20,000 bases of DNA from an uncultured virus (IMG/VR IMGVR_UViG_3300037067_005627) (Duplodnaviria > Heunggongvirae > Uroviricota > Caudoviricetes), in the IMG/VR virus record IMGVR_UViG_3300037067_005627, one strand, 5' to 3'. The notes under the pieces were generated by a model. The model saw nothing but the letters and a program-made list of their open reading frames with translations, was not told where the DNA came from and did no database searches. A program made the translations under genes and the position numbers. Shown in pieces: positions 16,410-20,000 of this stretch (within the stretch, counting starts at the first letter, position 1; each line of letters starts with the position of its first letter).

Positions 16410-16629
16410 GATTGAAAGTGGCATAGAGATTCCCCCACGAGGGCGCCCTGCTATCTATCCCTGGCGAAAGATGGAAGTGGGTGATAGTTTCGAGGTAGAA
16501 ACGACTAACAAAACACGAAGGGGGCTCTACTGTCTCGCTCATAGGGTGGGGATAAAGATTACGGCGAGATCAACAAAGATTTGGAGTGACCCTCTCTTGT
16601 TCAAGACAAGGGTGTGGAGAATAGCATGA
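16393..16629 (+). CDS. Small conserved phage protein (YPW..MEVGDSF...RVWR type), probably DNA-binding
   Basis: ATG at 16393 after AGGAG. The pattern 'KIESGIEIPP...YPWRKMEVGDSFEV...RVWRI' is one I recognise from small phage proteins. The function is inferred. Confidence 0.7.
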   Translation: MEEFIKIESGIEIPPRGRPAIYPWRKMEVGDSFEVETTNKTRRGLYCLAHRVGIKITARSTKIWSDPLLFKTRVWRIA

Positions 16630-16835
16630 AGCGGATACACAAGGTCGCATGTAATATATGTGGCAACCTCGAAAGGAATAAGATAACAGGAGAGGCAGTC
16701 TCCCACCCTCAAAATATTGCTACTGTTATTTGTGGCGACTGTATCATGAAGGCCCTGACAGGAGGCAAGAAAGTAAAGAGCAGGCCAATCCTAAGAAGGA
16801 CAAAGGATAAACCTGTTTTCAAAAGGAGGAAGTAG
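16626..16835 (+). CDS. Small zinc-finger protein
   Basis: ATGA overlap with the previous stop codon. CNIC...CGDC motif and a basic C-terminus. Confidence 0.65.
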   Translation: MKRIHKVACNICGNLERNKITGEAVSHPQNIATVICGDCIMKALTGGKKVKSRPILRRTKDKPVFKRRK

Positions 16836-16836
16836 A

Positions 16837-17772
16837 GTGACGCTTTATCTTGATTATCGCCCTGATTCCTGGGAAAACTTTTATGGAAACGAAACTACGC
16901 TAAGCGCATTGACTGCGATGTTTAAGAAGCCTCTCAAAAGGGAGAGCATCCCCCACGCATTTATGTTCTATGGGCCTACTGGCTGTGGAAAGACAACGCT
17001 TGCAAGAATCATAGCATTCAAACTTGGTTGCGACCCTCTGGATTTTATGGAGATCAATGCCTCTAATAACAGGGGAATTGACACAGCAAGAGAGATCATC
17101 CAAATCGCAGGGACTATGCCTATGAATGGTTTAAGCAGAGTCTTCCTCCTTGATGAAGTTCATATGGCAACCAAAGAGTTTCAGAATGCCTTACTCAAAC
17201 CATTGGAAGACACTCCCCCGCATGCCTACTTCATCCTCTGCACTACTGCGCCAGAAGGCATCATAGTGGCTATCAAGAATCGGTGCCATCACTTCAAAGT
17301 AGAGCCCCTTTCTCAAGGACAACTTGGGGCATTAATTACAGGGGTGGCTGAAGCTGAAGGGCAAGAACTTGAAGAAGACGTTACTTTCCAAATCATCTCT
17401 GCTTCAGAAGGTTCTCCAAGACAAGCCCTTATCATCTTAGAGAAGGTGCTATCCCTCCCTGAATCTGAGCGGTTAGTTGCGGCTGAGTTTGAATCGCCAG
17501 AGAATGCTCAAACCATCGAACTATGCAGGGCATTAATCAAGAGAGCGCAATGGAAAGAAATTGCGAAACTTTTGAAAGGCATACAAGATGAACCAGAGAA
17601 AGTAAGGAGAGCTGTGTTAGGGTATTTTAATACGGTACTTCTTGGGAGTTGGGGGGCTCAAGCAGACTATGCCGCATTAGTGATAGAGTTATTCGCCAAG
17701 GGGACGTTCATGTATTCAGGGAAGGCGGGGCTAACTCATGCGTGTTATATGGCTGCGACCGTAGGGGGGTGA
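16837..17772 (+). CDS. Clamp loader AAA+ ATPase, DNA polymerase III gamma/tau-like (short form)
   Basis: LYLDYRP..., Walker A GPTGCGKTT, EINASNNRGID, Walker B LLDEVH, NALLKPLED and an SRC-like NRC. GTG start after AGGAGG. Confidence 0.9.
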   Translation: MTLYLDYRPDSWENFYGNETTLSALTAMFKKPLKRESIPHAFMFYGPTGCGKTTLARIIAFKLGCDPLDFMEINASNNRGIDTAREIIQIAGTMPMNGLSRVFLLDEVHMATKEFQNALLKPLEDTPPHAYFILCTTAPEGIIVAIKNRCHHFKVEPLSQGQLGALITGVAEAEGQELEEDVTFQIISASEGSPRQALIILEKVLSLPESERLVAAEFESPENAQTIELCRALIKRAQWKEIAKLLKGIQDEPEKVRRAVLGYFNTVLLGSWGAQADYAALVIELFAKGTFMYSGKAGLTHACYMAATVGG

Positions 17773-17773
17773 C

Positions 17774-17965
17774 ATGGGCTGGGAAATCTTAGAAAAGATA
17801 AGGTGGTTCAGCCAAGGAGAAATAATGGGGTGGTTATTAACGATTTGCCTCTTGTTCTTTTTGGGCACATTTCTTTGGAGCTTTTATCTTTGGGTTTTAG
17901 AAAAAGTAGCACTCACGTTTCCTAAGTGGAAAGGGTTATACCGATGGATTATCAAAAAGATTTAG
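17774..17965 (+). CDS. Small predicted membrane protein
   Basis: 63-aa ORF with one hydrophobic helix (WLLTICLLFFLGTFLWSFYLWV). There is an alternative start at the internal ATG after AAGGAG. Confidence 0.55.
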   Translation: MGWEILEKIRWFSQGEIMGWLLTICLLFFLGTFLWSFYLWVLEKVALTFPKWKGLYRWIIKKI

Positions 17966-18426
17966 CTATAGACCCACATAACTTAGCGGAAGAATGGCTT
18001 AATCAACCCGTCCTCTTTATGCGCTACAGTGAAGAGTTGGCTAATGTTAGGAAGAGGCTCTCCTTTCAGGAAGAGAAGGTAAAGATTGTAAGGAGTCGCC
18101 TTATTAAAGAAGCCGCAGACAAAGCGGAAGGGGGAAAGTCTGCTGATCTTAGAGAGGCGTACTATCGCACACACAAAGACCACATCGAAGCCAAAGACAA
18201 GCAGGCAGAGTTAGAGTTTGAAGCCAACCTCCTTGAGTCTGCTGTCTTCGCGTTTAACCAGAGGAAAGTAGCATTAGAAAATCTTGTGAAATTATTTATC
18301 GCCCAATACTTTGCAGGGCCAAGGGAACCGCAAACTTTGCCGGAAGGCAAAAGGTTTTCGCCAGAAGTAGAGCGGGCAGATAAGGTCTCCAACACAATCA
18401 GGAAAACTTTGCAAAGAAGGCGATAA
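17944..18426 (+). CDS. UvsY-like recombination mediator (coiled-coil)
   Basis: 'DLAIDPHNLAEEWLNQPVLFMRYSE', a long helical body and 'AFNQRKVALENLVKL'. It lies directly before the SSB and RecA-like genes. Confidence 0.6.
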   Translation: MDYQKDLAIDPHNLAEEWLNQPVLFMRYSEELANVRKRLSFQEEKVKIVRSRLIKEAADKAEGGKSADLREAYYRTHKDHIEAKDKQAELEFEANLLESAVFAFNQRKVALENLVKLFIAQYFAGPREPQTLPEGKRFSPEVERADKVSNTIRKTLQRRR

Positions 18427-18596
18427 TGGAAAGCGTCCTTTACATATTGTACTTCATTATTTTTTTGGTCGCCCTATACATAACAATAAGGGTAGGAGTT
18501 AGGGCTATAATCGTATCTTTGAAGGAGGGGTTTTTAGATGCTAAACAAGAGAGAAACAAGAGGAAGCGGACTGTCGGATCAGGAAAAGAAACTTAG
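18426..18596 (+). CDS. Small predicted membrane protein (56 aa; absent from the ORF track)
   Basis: TAATG-coupled to the previous gene. MESVLYILYFIIFLVALYITIRVGVRAIIVSLKEGFLDAKQERNKRKRTVGSGKET has an N-terminal TM helix and a basic tail. It overlaps the SSB start. Confidence 0.5.
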   Translation: MESVLYILYFIIFLVALYITIRVGVRAIIVSLKEGFLDAKQERNKRKRTVGSGKET

Positions 18597-19605
18597 GGAG
18601 AGGATTGCAAGAGGGCAGAGGGATGTCGGCAAGAGAGGTCTAGGGCGTGCTTCAGTCCTAGACCTTACTGCTTACAGTCCAAGTTTTTATAAGGCTGTAG
18701 GTGGAAAGAATAAAAACCTTTTTGATATTATTCCATTCAAGGTTTCACAGCCTTGGTATCCCAAGCTCCGCACCCACGCAGGGAATGTTGTCGGGCTACA
18801 AATTGGTGATCTGGATTACAAACTGGAAGTCCCTGTGCATAGAAGCGTGGGGGAGAACAATGGCGCCTTTCTTTGTCTAAGAGAGGCGTTTGGGAAGCCT
18901 TGCATCATCTGTGAAGAAAGGTTCAAGGAATTTGAAAAGGGCAAAGGGGATAGGGATGACGCCCTTATTAAATCCCTGAATGCTTCATGGCGTTGCTTTT
19001 ACAACATCTATGACTACAACGATGAGAAGGAAGAGATCAAGATTTTTGAAGTGTCATACAAGATGTTTGAAGAGCAACTACTCGCCGAAACTGAGCCGGA
19101 AGACGAAAGGGTTGAACCTATCGCCTTTTCTTCTCTGGCGCATGGAATGACTATCGAGTGGAAGGGGAAAGAGAAGTCGTTAGGCAAGAGTACATTCATA
19201 GAGGCGGTCTCTTTCGAGTTCCGTGAGCGCGACCCGTACAGTGAAGAAGTGGTTGAGGAAGTGTATCCTCTTGACAAGATGCTTATCATTCCGACCTATG
19301 AGATAGTCCAAGCGGCATACTTCGGCATTGTCGAAGGTGAAGAAGAGGAAGAACCAGTAAGAGAGAAAAAGGCTATCAGTGGAAGAAGATTGCCAGGAAG
19401 GGCTACGAAACAAGAAGAGGAAGAAGTCGAAGAGGAAAGTGAATGTCCAGCAGGAATGGAGTTTGGCAAAGACTTTAACGAATCCAGTGATTGCATGGAG
19501 TGCGAAGAGGATACAATGAGGCGGTGCATGGAAGCCTCAGAAACGGAAGCCGGATACGAAAGGAACATGAAGAAGCCGGAAAAACTTAGGAGGTTTAGGA
19601 GATGA
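18538..19605 (+). CDS. Single-stranded DNA-binding protein, T4 gp32-like, with Zn ligands
   Basis: 'FDIIPF', H...C-x8-C-x2-C (VHRSVG...LCLREAFGKPCIIC), 'FYNIYD...IKIFEVS', an acidic linker and a second Cys cluster. It lies between the UvsY-like and RecA-like genes. Confidence 0.72.
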   Translation: MLNKRETRGSGLSDQEKKLRERIARGQRDVGKRGLGRASVLDLTAYSPSFYKAVGGKNKNLFDIIPFKVSQPWYPKLRTHAGNVVGLQIGDLDYKLEVPVHRSVGENNGAFLCLREAFGKPCIICEERFKEFEKGKGDRDDALIKSLNASWRCFYNIYDYNDEKEEIKIFEVSYKMFEEQLLAETEPEDERVEPIAFSSLAHGMTIEWKGKEKSLGKSTFIEAVSFEFRERDPYSEEVVEEVYPLDKMLIIPTYEIVQAAYFGIVEGEEEEEPVREKKAISGRRLPGRATKQEEEEVEEESECPAGMEFGKDFNESSDCMECEEDTMRRCMEASETEAGYERNMKKPEKLRRFRR

Positions 19606-19868
19606 GCGAACAGACATGGATTCCTACTTATGAAGCTGTTGACATTGTTCATAAGAAAGGGTATGGTAACTTCACTGTTGCCACTATGAGGAATTGGTCG
19701 CGCCGATATAAGATAGGAAAGAAAATTGGCGGTCGATTCTTCATAGACAGAAGGGCATTAATGAAACTCATGGGGGAGATACGAGATGAAGAGAAGGCGC
19801 TCAAACCTGTCCGAACAAATCCTGCAAAGGAGCCGACAACCACAGAAAGAAAACAGAAAAAGGCCTGA
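19602..19868 (+). CDS. Small HTH DNA-binding protein (excisionase/MerR-like)
   Basis: 'WIPTYEAVDIV...TVATMRNWSRRYKIGKKIGGRFFIDRRALMKLM' fits a winged HTH of the Xis/MerR type. ATGA overlap with the SSB stop codon. Confidence 0.7.
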   Translation: MSEQTWIPTYEAVDIVHKKGYGNFTVATMRNWSRRYKIGKKIGGRFFIDRRALMKLMGEIRDEEKALKPVRTNPAKEPTTTERKQKKA

Positions 19869-20000
19869 TTTTATTTCAACTGGTTCTGTTGCGTTGAATC
19901 TCGCCCTATCTCAAAGGGGGCGAGATGGCGGATGGGCGAGAGGGCATATAGGGAATATAGTAGGGGATGGTTCTACAGGCAAGACCATCCTCTCTATAGA
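19786..20000 (+). CDS. recA: RecA/UvsX-like recombinase, 3'-truncated by the window edge (absent from the ORF track)
   Basis: ATG at 19786 after GGGGAG. Translation gives MKRRRSNLSEQILQRSRQPQKENRKRPDFISTGSVALNLALSQRGRDGGWARGHIGNIVGDGSTGKTILSI, matching RecA ISTGS..LD.AL..GG...G...G..SSGKT. Confidence 0.9.
   Translation, partial: MKRRRSNLSEQILQRSRQPQKENRKRPDFISTGSVALNLALSQRGRDGGWARGHIGNIVGDGSTGKTILSI

Noticed and set aside
15956..16424. Minus-strand ORFs (125 aa and 144 aa) across the intergenic RNA region
   Set aside because: They run opposite to every other gene, overlap a well-supported + gene, and show no recognisable motifs. The + strand promoter and RNA structure explain the region better.
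19898..19926. ATCTCGCCC...GGGCGAGAT hairpin after the HTH gene as a terminator
   Set aside because: It lies inside the recA-like coding sequence and has no U-tract.
1..20000. Alternative genetic code / stop-codon reassignment
   Set aside because: Genes are full length under the standard code, and TAA, TAG and TGA all end well-supported genes.

Overview
This window is a single-strand (+), gene-dense DNA replication/recombination module of a large bacteriophage (or related element), in the standard genetic code. Gene order: 5'-truncated sigma-factor-like gene, SNF2/SMARCAL1-like helicase, Zn-finger/TOPRIM primase, AT-rich repeat region (candidate origin), DnaB-like helicase, then a perfect sigma70-type promoter. 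After it come an acidic/histone-H1-like protein, a fold-type-II PLP enzyme, small hypotheticals, an amino-(N4C/N6A) DNA methyltransferase-like gene, a beta sliding clamp, ThyX and a DnaE polymerase fused to a family-4 uracil-DNA glycosylase. A second, matching promoter is followed by a ~140-nt rod-shaped RNA, small ORFs, a DnaX-like clamp loader, a UvsY-like mediator, a gp32-like SSB, an HTH protein and the 5' end of RecA/UvsX. I saw no tRNA, rRNA, CRISPR array or transposase. The strongest leads are: (1) a promoter-driven, G-U-rich, end-paired non-coding RNA with 6S-like architecture; (2) a PLP enzyme plus methyltransferase-like pair in a ThyX phage, suggesting an uncharacterised DNA modification route; (3) a short basic [F/L]-x-R-[R/K]-type tag recurring at the termini of many unrelated proteins, including the SSB; (4) a DnaE whose OB/tau-binding tail is replaced by UDG. 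All family calls come from motif recognition by eye, and no searches or folding programs were run.
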